Made by a program: the position numbers and the translations under genes
Notes under the pieces: generated by a model
The model's database searches: none
What the model was told of the DNA's origin: nothing
The model's input: the letters and a program-made list of their open reading frames with translations, nothing else
NCBI GenBank assembly: GCA_964019425.1
Contig: OZ025781.1
Coordinates: forward strand, 744,001-808,000
From: Flectonema sp. DT1601
Lineage: Eukaryota
Reading direction: 5' to 3'
Length of the DNA stretch: 64,000 bases
Shown here: positions 20,133 to 31,340 of the stretch, one piece after another
Numbering within the stretch: position 1 is the first letter of the stretch
Layout of the letters: every line of letters begins with the position of its first letter

Positions 20133-21236
20133 ATGGAACAAGTGGAACATCCGAATGAACAGTTCATCACTAATGAACAGCAATACGTAAATGAAATGCA
20201 AGAATTACTTTCAACACTTGAAAGACCTCTAATTGATATCCTCGATGATGCCAGAAAGGTACTCCAACCTCTCAGCGATGTGATCGCTATTTCAGTTGAT
20301 TTTATTGAGGAATTAAAGAGGGAAACTGACATAGGAAAACCTCTCTTGTGGTTGGTGAAGAAATTGCCAATTTACGGAAGTTATACGGTTGCTTTTCAGA
20401 GTGTTATACAACCGCTGTTTGTGAAAAAGAAAGAAATAAAAGATTTATTAACTTCGAGAGACTTGACGGTGCCGAACGTTCTCAGACAGTTGGGTGCTCC
20501 GATATCGAGACCTGCTAAGATACGTTCAAGAATTGTGAATAAAAAGAATAGCGATTCTGGTGAAGATTCTGAGATCGAAAATAGTAACAGAAAAGCATTC
20601 CTCGCAGCGGTAGACCATCACGTTAGAATCTTATTTGATAGTAGTATCCCGTTTGCTGGTCAAGAAGTAGTGAGTAGAATGCCAATCCCAAGCCGACCTA
20701 AATCAAAATGTCTAATTCAAGCGGGTGATCTTATTAAGGAATATGCCAGAGGAAAACATTCTCGTTATTTCTATTTGTTTTCAGATCGATTGGTTCATTT
20801 TAAGTCAACTTCAGAGGGGCTTACTCACAGTGGGTTGAAACGTGAAAAAAATGTTTTGAATTTGACTGACGTGATCTCTGTTGACAAGTCTCCCAACACC
20901 TCTCATCGTAAAAACATTATAAAAATTAAAAGTAAAGGTCGTTCTGATATGTTACTAATGGCTGACACACCTGAAGAACAAGAACATTGGGTTTCAAAGA
21001 TACAAACTGCAGCAACAAAGTGTTCATCCTCACATCAGTTGTATGGATTTAGTCAATTATTTGAAACTCCTTTCCTTGATTTGGATCAGCAAACGGATGC
21101 TCATTCGACGCGAACAGATACGCACACACATCAGCTTTCTATGGAGCTTCCAGACACTGCTGATATGTATTCAGATCCGTATCCAGATCCTGATGATGAA
21201 TTGCGGCCGACATCACCATTGCAAGAACGTCTTTAA
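20133..21236 (+). CDS. Divergent DH-PH (Dbl-family RhoGEF-like) protein
   Basis: FITNEQQYVNEM resembles DH CR1, with IYGSY and APISR downstream; the PH domain spans LIQAGDLIK...RYFYLFSDRL...EEQEHWVSKI. Confidence 0.7.
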   Translation: MEQVEHPNEQFITNEQQYVNEMQELLSTLERPLIDILDDARKVLQPLSDVIAISVDFIEELKRETDIGKPLLWLVKKLPIYGSYTVAFQSVIQPLFVKKKEIKDLLTSRDLTVPNVLRQLGAPISRPAKIRSRIVNKKNSDSGEDSEIENSNRKAFLAAVDHHVRILFDSSIPFAGQEVVSRMPIPSRPKSKCLIQAGDLIKEYARGKHSRYFYLFSDRLVHFKSTSEGLTHSGLKREKNVLNLTDVISVDKSPNTSHRKNIIKIKSKGRSDMLLMADTPEEQEHWVSKIQTAATKCSSSHQLYGFSQLFETPFLDLDQQTDAHSTRTDTHTHQLSMELPDTADMYSDPYPDPDDELRPTSPLQERL

Positions 21237-21467
21237 TGTTTTGTGTTAAAATGAATTGTTTGGTTTGGTTTTTTTTGTTATGTAATACGTTTATTGTTTC
21301 GTAGAAACTGTAGGGCTGTCTTCACTCTTGCTTATTGGATAGCCTCAAGAATAGAGAGAATAGGAGGAGAAAAAAAAATAGATTTCAAATTATTGTTTTG
21401 TTAAAATTATTTTTATTTTATTTTATTTGATCAGTCCCTCCCATACTCATCCCCCTCCCACCGACCG

Positions 21468-22051
21468 ATGTCTCGTATTGGAAAGGTGAAGAGTTGGAGT
21501 GACGAGAAGGGCTATGGGTTTATTGTCCCTCCAGATGGTCAGAGAGATATTTTCGTACACAGAAAGGTTATCGGTATGCAGAGCTCTTTGATCCCGGGAA
21601 AAGAAGTCCGGTACGACTTCCAAATGGAAGAAGGTCACCCGAAAGCAATCCGCGTTCTAGGAGACGGAGTCATAAAGAGACAGCTTCAACAGGGAGGATT
21701 CCCTCCTATGCAACAACAGTACGGAAGACATATGCAAGTCGGTATTGTAAAGAGCTGGGCTTCTGATAAGGGATATGGTTTTATCTGTATGTGACATTAT
21801 TATAAATTCTTTTTATTAACTCTCATCATATAATAAAACACAAAACAGCTCAAGGACCAGATGGTAGTGGCGGTGACCTGTTTGTTCTAAACACACAGAC
21901 CCGTGGTCCATTAATTCCAAACTCAAAGGTTACCTACACTGTAGGACTTAACCCGAAGACTCAAAAGCCATGGGCAGAAAACGTTGTCTTCATTGATCAA
22001 CCAGGAGGCATGTACGGCTACGAGTCATTCTCAGCACCTTATTACAGGTAG
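21468..22051 (+). CDS. Tandem cold-shock-domain RNA-binding protein (paralog A), 2 exons
   Basis: GKVKSWSDEKGYGFI/DIFVH in CSD1 and GIVKSWASDKGYGFI/DLFV in CSD2; exons 21468-21786 and 21849-22051. Confidence 0.9.
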
Positions 22052-23340
22052 AGAAATCTCTTGAGGGAGTACAGCGTCCACGGCAACGGGGGAATGAAGT
22101 AAAGCATTGTAAGTGTGGCCAATTATTTCCGCAAGCTGCTATGGGCCCACCCTCGGGTGGGGGGGGGTACCGAAAAACAGCGTGAACTTCGTTTGGATGA
22201 GCCCAGTGATGCGGCAAAAAAAAAAAAAAAAAAAAAAAAACAGAAGAAGGGGAAATAGAAACAGAAAAGAGAAAAAAAAAGAAAAAGAAAAAGTGAAAGT
22301 GAAAGCTAGTTGAGGAGAAGTAACAAAAATAACGAACGCATCTTTAAAAAAAAAAAAAAAAAATTATAATGTGTGATCGAAAGCAACGCAGTAATGCCGC
22401 ACACTACCAAGTACACTTGCGAAATAGCTCTTTCTGCGAGTGCACATGCAGATTGCAGTTTTTTTCATTTTTTCGGTCACACTAGTGAAAGTACAGCTGT
22501 AGTTGCAGTACTTTTTCATATCTATTTCTTTTCCATAAAAAATCATGGCAAGTCATAGTTGTGCAAGTTCTTACACATACGTACCTCCCCCCCGAAAATT
22601 CCACAAATATAAAAAAATAAAAAAATAAAAAAAAAAACTAAGTTAGTTCAAAAAAAAAAAAAAAAACAACAAAATTAAAAAAAAACAAAAAAAAAAAAAA
22701 AATTCCGCAAAACCAGTTTGCGGGACCAAAAGTATTAAAACAGCCAAAAAAAAAATAAAAGAAAAATATAAAAAAAAACAAAAGAAAAAAATTAAAAAAG
22801 TAAGTGATTTCTGAGTTGCCTTTTCTCTGTCCTCTCCCATTCACCTCCCCGAGAAATATTTGCTGCGTATGCAGTGATTTCATACCTCGATCGATGTTAA
22901 TAAATTGTTTTTTATGTATCCCACAACACCTTCCCATTTGACGGTGGATCTGTCTGTTAGGCCGCGTAGGAATATTAGAAAACAAATAAACAATGCAAAA
23001 TATAAAAGAAGGAAAAAAAAAAAAAAAAAAAAAACAACAACAAAAAAAAAAAAAAAAAATACTTAACACCCGTCCCACCACTTTTACAAAACGAAGAAAG
23101 AGCAGAAGGGGAGGGGGGAAAATTCTGGTTGCCAGTGCTGTTGTTGTTGGTTTGGACAGAGTTTGCAAATAGCTAATTTATTTTATAGTTCAAATTAATC
23201 AATTCATTACATGACAATGTCAGAGACAAGATGAATCCTTTATATCCATCACAGAGTTACATTAATTGTTTTTTTTATATTAGTTTTTCCCCTTTAGAAT
23301 TTGGAGAGGCAGCTCCAAAAAAAAAAAAAAAACATAAACA

Positions 23341-25485
23341 ATGGCTGCAGTTATCCCTTCACCATTTGTTGTTCATGTGAGAACCGTTCCTGCAGCTGCG
23401 ATGGAACAGCAGCGTAGATTATTGCTTGAGAGGGAACCGAACTTGGAAAAGATAATTCACAGTTCTGAGAGAATGATTGGGTTGTTAGTCGAAGTAATTA
23501 GAATGGATAGGATAATTCACGGATGTGGTCAGAAAACTATTTCCTGTTGCAGACTCCCAACAAGTCAAATACTAACAGAAATAGGTCAGATGAGAAATCA
23601 ATCTCAAGATAAGATAACACTTTGCGGTAATATTGTTTTAGCCGCCCTTCAATGTTCTGAAAATTTGAACATTAGTTTTCCAATTCTCGATATAGAAAGT
23701 CCAATGGGAACTGAGAAAGCATCTCGTCTATTGAAAGAGATACGCAATTATCTTTTGACTGCTAAAATGATATTACCAGGACCACTGATACATTCAACAA
23801 CACTGACATCGTCGGACCTGATTAGTAGACTTGGTGGTACACCTGAACCAGACAAATCGAAGTGTCATCTCCGAATCGTTTCAAATTCATTTTCTAAACA
23901 ACCAAATTCCGTGAGGATCATTTCTAGTAGGAAAACTGCACAGGGTGGAGTGTTGTATTTATGTCACTTTTTATATTACCCAAACTCATACAATTCTTGG
24001 GTGAAGGAAGAGTTTCTCGAATCGTATCCTGGTCATCCGTATGTTAGAAAACAAAAACGAAAGAATGAAATAGTATCTGTTTCTGAAACTTTTCTTGACG
24101 ATTCGATTCATTTTAATGAACTCTGCGCTGCCGAAGATTATACAGTCGATGCGATGGATGTGGGAAGTGATGAGTTTATCGCACGAATTAAAAATACAGA
24201 AATATCTCAACCAAAATCATCGATAGAAAGAGAGAAACGACAAAGAGAACCGAATACAATAAGTGAGCAACAGATAAAGAGACAACTTGAGGCTAAACCA
24301 CCACCGAGTAGGAGACGACAGCCTTCAAGAGATGTTCCTGAATGGTTCTCAACTGCGGCTATTCACGATATCGAAAGACATGAATTCTTATCGTCTGATG
24401 GCCTCACTCCAGACGCTTATAAAGAAATCCGAAATCTAATAATTCAAGCGTGGGAGATGCAACCAACGAAGTACTACGAAGTGTCTTCTGCTGTCAGTTC
24501 TATCCACCACCCGATAGAAAATGTTGTTAGGGTTCATTCATTCTTAGAACAATATCAAATTATAAACAAAGATACTCAAGCAATGTCACCAGCCACACCC
24601 GTTCTATTCGTTGATACACCATATGGATTGCTACCATCAGTGACTCCTTCAACACCAGACTGTGATGGGATTCTTTATCCCGGAGCTAAACCATTTACTA
24701 AGATGGAAGAGTTGTTAATTCTTCAGTTAGTTGCTGAGTATAGACAGAAAGATGGAAGACCAAATTGGGAAGAAATCGGTCAAAGAATAAATCGACCAGC
24801 ACATGACTGTCTTCAATGGTTTATAAATACTAATTTAGATGATATTGAAATAGATGCTCCGAGAAAGAAGACTGTTGAGGGTGAGGTTGGTGAGGATCAA
24901 AGTTTCTTATCTCCGTTCGCAGATGTTAGAAATCGAGTGATGGTAACGATGGCGTTCTTGGCGAACATCGCACCTCCGGAAGATACGAAAACAGCAGCTG
25001 ATGCGGCTCTCAAATCACTTGTCGCTTCTGTCTCTTCGGATGGTAAAATTAAAGCTCAAGATGAAACATCCGCAACTGAAGCCGCCGTTCGCATCTTCAG
25101 CTCCAGAGCCAGAGATCTCGCAAAAGTTGAGGAGGATAACATCCGTCGTCTGTCTCGAATCGCTGTCTCAAAACTTCTTCAGCAAACACTTTTATCAATC
25201 GAAGCTTCTGATCGAATCGAACAGCAGTTGAGTTCTAGCAGACGACAACTTCAACAAGAACGAACTAAATTAGATCGCGAGGAAGCAGATCTCCGTCAAC
25301 GAGTACTCGCACGAAGAAAAAAACTTGATCCTACGACACCAACAGAACGAGTTGGACTACACACAAATAATCAAATGAATATAATTAACCCTCATAGTAT
25401 GCCATCTGGAGGACTTGACGTCGCTAATTTGGAAGACTTGGATGGCTTTTCAGAAATTCATCAAACTCCTACTCCCAAAGGATGA
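23341..25485 (+). CDS. SMARCC: SWI/SNF subunit SMARCC/BAF155/Swi3-like (chromo-like, SWIRM, SANT/Myb, SWIRM-associated, coiled coil)
   Basis: HFLYYPNSYNSW and FLDDSIHFNE...EDY (chromo region); WFSTAAIHDIER...YKEIRN...RVHSFLEQYQIIN (SWIRM); NWEEIG...CLQWF (SANT); PFADVRNRVMVTMAFLA. Confidence 0.88.
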   Translation: MAAVIPSPFVVHVRTVPAAAMEQQRRLLLEREPNLEKIIHSSERMIGLLVEVIRMDRIIHGCGQKTISCCRLPTSQILTEIGQMRNQSQDKITLCGNIVLAALQCSENLNISFPILDIESPMGTEKASRLLKEIRNYLLTAKMILPGPLIHSTTLTSSDLISRLGGTPEPDKSKCHLRIVSNSFSKQPNSVRIISSRKTAQGGVLYLCHFLYYPNSYNSWVKEEFLESYPGHPYVRKQKRKNEIVSVSETFLDDSIHFNELCAAEDYTVDAMDVGSDEFIARIKNTEISQPKSSIEREKRQREPNTISEQQIKRQLEAKPPPSRRRQPSRDVPEWFSTAAIHDIERHEFLSSDGLTPDAYKEIRNLIIQAWEMQPTKYYEVSSAVSSIHHPIENVVRVHSFLEQYQIINKDTQAMSPATPVLFVDTPYGLLPSVTPSTPDCDGILYPGAKPFTKMEELLILQLVAEYRQKDGRPNWEEIGQRINRPAHDCLQWFINTNLDDIEIDAPRKKTVEGEVGEDQSFLSPFADVRNRVMVTMAFLANIAPPEDTKTAADAALKSLVASVSSDGKIKAQDETSATEAAVRIFSSRARDLAKVEEDNIRRLSRIAVSKLLQQTLLSIEASDRIEQQLSSSRRQLQQERTKLDREEADLRQRVLARRKKLDPTTPTERVGLHTNNQMNIINPHSMPSGGLDVANLEDLDGFSEIHQTPTPKG

Positions 25486-25704
25486 CACAAGTCTTTAGTT
25501 CGAAAACCTTAACAACCATCTTCTATCGTATTGGATTATCGAGTCTTTACTCAGATGTTTAATTACTTGTTTGGTTTTGGTTTTCAAATATTTGTTCTTT
25601 CAGCTGATCCATTACATTATGAACTGTTGAGAGAGAGTGAGAAGAGGTTGAGACAGACGTGGTATTCTGATTAACGACCATAACTCTCTCTCAGATACAA
25701 TAAA

Positions 25705-26619
25705 ATGAATTCTATAAAACCAAAGGGAAAGAAAAACCGACTCCAACGATCAAGTAATTCAGAATCAAATAATAAAGTTGTTAGAAGTGGTTACGGAGGG
25801 AAGTCTGAAGTCTCATTTGTATCATCAGCTAGGAAGGTAGGTCCACTACGTCCTGGTCTGTTGGTATGTCGACATGGTGAACGAGAAGATCTCGCGGATT
25901 CAAAAGGATGGTCTGAAGCATTACATAAAAGTGATAGACCTTGGGATCCAAACTTAACTAAGAAAGGTTGTCACCAAGCAACTCTACTCGGGAGATCATT
26001 AACACCTGAGAGATTAAAGTCTATGGGATTACTTCCAGTTACTAGAATACTAACAAGTCCTTTAATTAGAACTATTCAAACAGCTGTCAGTACTGCTGAT
26101 GGAATGACTATCAGACCTCCTGTCGCAATAGAAAATGGACTTTCAGAATTAATGACCATCGACTGGTATAAGTCATGGGCGTTATCACATTCTGATGGAA
26201 GTTGGGGAGGACCACGAGGAATGGATAATAGAATATTTAGTGACACTCATCTCCATCCTTCATCTGTACTACCAGCATCGAATCTTCCTCGTACACCAGA
26301 TCAGTTGAAACACATGTACGGTGTTGAGAAGAGTTATACTGGTATTCCATTTCCGTCGGCTGATGTTCATAACGTTGAGTCTCGTCGTTTTAGTGTTGCT
26401 CGAGTTCTAACAGCCATCTCTGCTGCTACTTCACTCTTTCCAAATGAGACTATTCTATTGGTTACACACGCAGGTATTTGTAACACGATTTACAGAGAAC
26501 TCTCTGGTGAATCATCAGTTCATAATCCATACACTGCTCTGTATGCTTATCAAAAGAATGAAGAAAATAGTGAAAAGTGGGATGTCGTCACGAAATCTGA
26601 CGTATCTCACTTGGGATAG
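25705..26619 (+). CDS. Histidine phosphatase superfamily (phosphoglycerate mutase-like) protein
   Basis: CRHGERED, DPNLT.KG..QA, TSPLIRTIQTA and LLVTHAG motifs. Confidence 0.88.
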   Translation: MNSIKPKGKKNRLQRSSNSESNNKVVRSGYGGKSEVSFVSSARKVGPLRPGLLVCRHGEREDLADSKGWSEALHKSDRPWDPNLTKKGCHQATLLGRSLTPERLKSMGLLPVTRILTSPLIRTIQTAVSTADGMTIRPPVAIENGLSELMTIDWYKSWALSHSDGSWGGPRGMDNRIFSDTHLHPSSVLPASNLPRTPDQLKHMYGVEKSYTGIPFPSADVHNVESRRFSVARVLTAISAATSLFPNETILLVTHAGICNTIYRELSGESSVHNPYTALYAYQKNEENSEKWDVVTKSDVSHLG

Positions 26620-26870
26620 GCAACACTCTCTCTATTCAAGTCTTTTCTCAAAAAAAACAAAAAAAAAACAATTATTAAAAAAGTAATAATTATTACTACC
26701 TCTTCACTGGATTTTACATCCCCTAGCCTTATTGTAGTCCAGTTCTTATTATGAGTCTCTCATTGAGTGAATCTCATGGTGTGTGTGGATAGTTGTGATC
26801 ACACTCATCACAAGTCCTATTTTATGTAAACTCCTTCATAAGTAAATATTAATTTACAAAACAGGATTAG

Positions 26871-27887
26871 ATGGGAAGTAGTATTTCATCAGCGGAATCA
26901 CCATGTCAGAATGAATCCTCAGATGAGGTGTCAACGAGTACTGATATTAGTAGTGAAGGATTCTATAGCGTGATGAGACAATTGGAATCAAATTATTGGG
27001 AACAGAGAGTCGTAGAGTTAAAGAATGAAACAATTCGTCTTCAGCATTCTGTTGATGAGTCGAGGGAATCATTCTTAGTATCCCACAACGTGGCGGTTCA
27101 AGATAATATTCAGAGTGATGCTCTGAAGTATGGCGCTGATAAGATTTATAACATCCTCCAACAGCTTCAAACAGGAAGTAGTATTAAAGAAATATCATCT
27201 GGTATCGATGATAATGTTATATTACATCCGACTAAAATGAATGTACTGGAGAGAGCTCTGGTTGTTGACGACTTACGACCACTACCAGTACCACCTCCAT
27301 CACCACCACCTGATACGTTAATGAGCGACTTGCTGCCGTCGCATTATAGTTCAGCGATGGCAGCAGCTGTGTTGAAACCGATTACACTTCCAGCAGTTAA
27401 ACCAATACCGTTGGATGTTAGCAGGTCTTTGAGCTCAAAGTATCCATCTACGCCTTCAATTGGAATAACTGACGACGATTACAATATGATGCTCGCTGCT
27501 GATGTTATAAACATACCTCAAATCATTGGTCGTGATGCTGTTTTGAAACTTTCAAAAGTATTTCCAGAAATCTTATCAAGATCTGGCATTCGATGTCCAG
27601 GTATCAACAAATCAATAAACACTTTATCTCATTGGATTATTGCGAGACTAGGAGGTGATCATAATATACCACATATTGATATGCTAACATCATTTGCTCA
27701 ACTCGCTTTAAAACATTCCAAAGTCAAAATAGATCCACAAGCAGCTGACATTTGGATGGAATGTATGTTCGTTGCAATCATGAAAGCCATTCCTCCTCAG
27801 AATAAATCTCCTGAAATATCAATCGTTCATGGAGCACTTCAACAGCTATTTCATCTTCTGGCGAGGGGGTTGGTTAACGATATTTGA
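26871..27887 (+). CDS. Coiled-coil/Pro-rich protein with C-terminal truncated (2/2) globin-like domain
   Basis: IIG.DAVLKL...ARLGG...LALKH..VKIDPQAADIWMECM...LVN resembles group II truncated haemoglobins; the N-terminus is MGSSIS. Confidence 0.6.
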   Translation: MGSSISSAESPCQNESSDEVSTSTDISSEGFYSVMRQLESNYWEQRVVELKNETIRLQHSVDESRESFLVSHNVAVQDNIQSDALKYGADKIYNILQQLQTGSSIKEISSGIDDNVILHPTKMNVLERALVVDDLRPLPVPPPSPPPDTLMSDLLPSHYSSAMAAAVLKPITLPAVKPIPLDVSRSLSSKYPSTPSIGITDDDYNMMLAADVINIPQIIGRDAVLKLSKVFPEILSRSGIRCPGINKSINTLSHWIIARLGGDHNIPHIDMLTSFAQLALKHSKVKIDPQAADIWMECMFVAIMKAIPPQNKSPEISIVHGALQQLFHLLARGLVNDI

Positions 27888-27983
27888 TATTTACACTTTT
27901 TTAAATTAGTTCTATTGTATCAATAATTCATTTCTGTATTAGACTTTAATTCACATCAACACCGACAGGATAATATAACAATA

Positions 27984-28722
27984 ATGTCTCGTATAGGAAA
28001 GGTAAAGAGTTGGAGTGATGAGAAAGGGTTCGGATTTATCCTTCCCCAAGAACAAGGTAATGACATCTTCGTCCATAGAAAGATTATTGGTATGCAGAGC
28101 TCACTTGTACCAGGAAAAGAAGTTCGTTACGACTACGCCCTTGACAAGGGAAAGCCACAGGCTACTACCGTTCACGGTGAAGGAGTTATAAAGCGTACAC
28201 CTGCTGCCATTGGATTCGGTGCACCAAAAACTGGAGGTGCTGACATGCAAATGGGAATCATAAAGAGTTGGTTGCCTGAAAAAGGATATGGATTTATCGG
28301 TATGAGCTTATTCAAAAATTCACATTTTTTTTTTAAAAAAAAAAAAAGAAGAAGAAAAGAAATATCAAATTTAACAAACAACACACAGCGCAAGGACCAG
28401 ATGGCTCTGGTGCCGATCTTTTCGTGCTGAACACTCAAGCAAATGGTCAGCTTGAGAAAGGTATCAAAGTTACCTACACATTGGGAACTAACCCAAAAAC
28501 TCAAAAGCAGTGGGCGGAGAACGTAACTCCTTGCCCAGTGTTTGACCAATCTGCATTGAACCCAATGGCACAATATTACCCTGACCAGGGATTCTACGCC
28601 GCATGGCCGGTATGTTAGAAAAGCATCTTTTAAATGAAATCAAAAAAGCCTCTAAAGTGTGTTGAAAATAACCTAAACAGCAAGCAAACCCGTATGCTTC
28701 TATCCCATTCTACCCATGTTAG
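27984..28722 (+). CDS. Tandem cold-shock-domain RNA-binding protein (paralog B), 3 exons
   Basis: Highly similar to 21468-22051; exons 27984-28299, 28389-28609 and 28681-28722 (the last exon, QANPYASIPFYPC*, is less certain). Confidence 0.88.
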
Positions 28723-30365
28723 GAAAATGAGAAGCGATTAAATAAAATATAGTGTCTGGGCAGCGCAAAAACGTTGTGCAGGTTCCAGAACGACCCTGCT
28801 GAACGGCTAAAAAAAAAACAGAATGAAAAAAACAGAAAGAAAAAAAAAAGGAAAAAAAAAAAGGAAATTATAAAAAAGCACAACCGGCAAAAGAAAAAAA
28901 GAAAAAAAATATTTATTTGGCGTGATGAAAAAAAAATAGAAAGCAGAATGAAAACGTTAAAAAAAAAAAAAAAAAAAAAATCCCTAATTCCCGCCCCTCA
29001 ACAGTGTGGCTCTGAACAATTCAAAACGTTGAAGGGAAGCAGTCCACACAGAAGAAGAATAAAAATAATATATTAATCTCTCGGCAATAATTAGTTCACT
29101 GGTTAGGTCACTTTCAATGCAACGCAATCCGTCTTCGTATTGCGAGCCAACACGTGTGCTATGAAACAACATAATCGGTAAAAAGTGTGGTGAATATGAG
29201 CATTCTTAAATATCCCACACAAATGACTACTCGATATTTCGACATCTGATTTTGCCTTTCCTGAGGATCTGCGAAAATCTATTTTTCACGTTTTCTTTTT
29301 CGTGCAAAATTGAGTGTCTGTGTTCCGTGTGTGCGAACGAAAAAAAAAAAAAAAAAAAAGTAAAGAAAAATTAAAATTTTATTTAAAATAAAAAGTTTAA
29401 ACAACAGTTTATGACACATACCGACCGCCTTGCGACATACGCACTGAAAACTCGAACACATAATGGGGGGAAAAAAAAAAATGCACTAACGAAGGAAAAA
29501 AAAAAAAGAGAGAACAATCCGCAAAGCAATATCTCAATTGGTCGGGACACCTTCTGGATTTCTGGTCTAGTATTGTTTTTATGAAAAAAAAAAAAAAAAA
29601 AAAAAAAAAAGCAGTCAATACTAACCATACACTGTTCCCGTATAGTTATATCGTTCTTTGAATAGGAGAACGTCACGTTTGCAATTTATTATGGCAGCTG
29701 GTTTTTATATAAAGGATGTGTTTTGAACCCTCCTCCTTTCAGTTGACCAACAAGGAAATAAAAAAATAAAAATAAATAAAAATAAAAAAAAGACCCAGCC
29801 TCAAGTACGTTTTTATCCAACTGCGGGTGCCCACCCAAAGGTGAGGGTGGTAATGTTGCGAAAGCCGTTCGCATTGAACACAGAAAAAAAAAAAAAACAA
29901 GAAAGAAAAGAAGAAAAAACAATATAATGGACGAAGAACACCTACCAATGAAAAAAAAAAAAAAAAAAGTTATGAAAAAAATAAATAAAAACAATTGCAA
30001 ACATAACCAAAAACTGAGGTAAATAAGTGACTGATTTTCTTGAGCCTTATTGAAGTCTCACTGTTGGGGGTTTTTCACTACTTCCACAACGTACTTAAGA
30101 TACCTCTACACTACACCCTTTAATGTTTCTTCGTTAAGCGCTTAAGATTGAAATCACTTTATTCACTGTTCGTCTCTCTTCGGACCCCAGTTGTGCTTTA
30201 ATTATTATAGTAAGGTAGTTACAAGTAATGATATTCTCAACCAGGTTATAGGTAAGTGATGGTTGGTTGTGTTAGGGGTGATTGTAGAAGTAGCTGGAGT
30301 AACATTATTATTATTATTATTTTTTTCTTACAACAGATCAGCGAATAAGAAGTTAGATTATTAAA

Positions 30366-30859
30366 ATGTCCGCTCCAATGCCATCAGCTCCGCCTACGGC
30401 ACCAATTCCACAGTACCCGGGACAAGACTTTGCTTGTGCTGGAGCTCCTCCACAGCCGCAGATGTATCCAGCGGAGGGGATTCCAACACAGGCTGCTGTT
30501 CCGGGGCCTTACCTTCCACCACAGCCAGGCCAGGCAGTTTATGGATACCCTGTTCAGCAGACTATGGGTCAACCTATTCCGCAAAATATGGGTCAGCCTG
30601 TTCAGTATCCTATGCAGCCAGGACAGTACCCTCAGTATGGAACATCTGGTACTGTAACTTATGGACAGGGAGGTGTTCCTGTGTATCACACAACTACTGA
30701 GAAAAAGGTTTGTAATTTCCTCTGATTGTTGTCTCTTAGTAGAACACGGTTATGTAAATCAACTTAAAACAGAAGAATAGTACAGACGTGGATGAAACTT
30801 GTTGCCTTGCTTTTCTTGCTGGATGTGCATTCTGTTGTTGTCTTGAGGCGATGCTGTAG
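30366..30859 (+). CDS. CYSTM-type tail-anchored protein (P/Q/Y/G-rich head, Cys-rich TM tail), 2 exons
   Basis: Exons 30366-30707 and 30773-30859; the spliced tail is KNSTDVDETCCLAFLAGCAFCCCLEAML*. Confidence 0.85.
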
Positions 30860-31340
30860 TAGGAATTCATATCTTCTTATTGAGTTTAATTAGACGACGA
30901 TGTTATTCGTTGACTACTCTTTTAAATGAGAGCGTACAGAAGACTTTTGAGATCGGTAACTTACACACAGGAAAAAAAACCAATTTTTTAACGAATTTAA
31001 AAAAAATAAAAAATAAAACAAATAACTGCTGTGTAGTCCGCACTTTAGTAATTTGAACCGAGTGTGCAATATATGTGTGGTTTTTTTTTTTTTTTTTTTT
31101 TTGTAATTTTATCTTCGCTGTTATTCTTTTGCGATTGGTTGAATAACATGAATAACACAGGTAGGTTAGGTTAGTACTAGTGAACATATGCATCTTACTT
31201 CTCAGTTTCGATGGCTGAGAGAATACCACGCATGTATTACTGCATACTTAGTTATTATTCTTTTTATTCCTGTTCGTGAACATGGTTTCACATCCAAACG
31301 AATAAAAAAAAATAAAAAAAATAATATTTGAGGACCTGTT

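Noticed and set aside
22113..23168. Poly-K and poly-F ORFs (also 28774-30000, 30903-32533, 58440-63951)
   Set aside because: Artefacts of A/T homopolymer runs in UTR or intergenic DNA.
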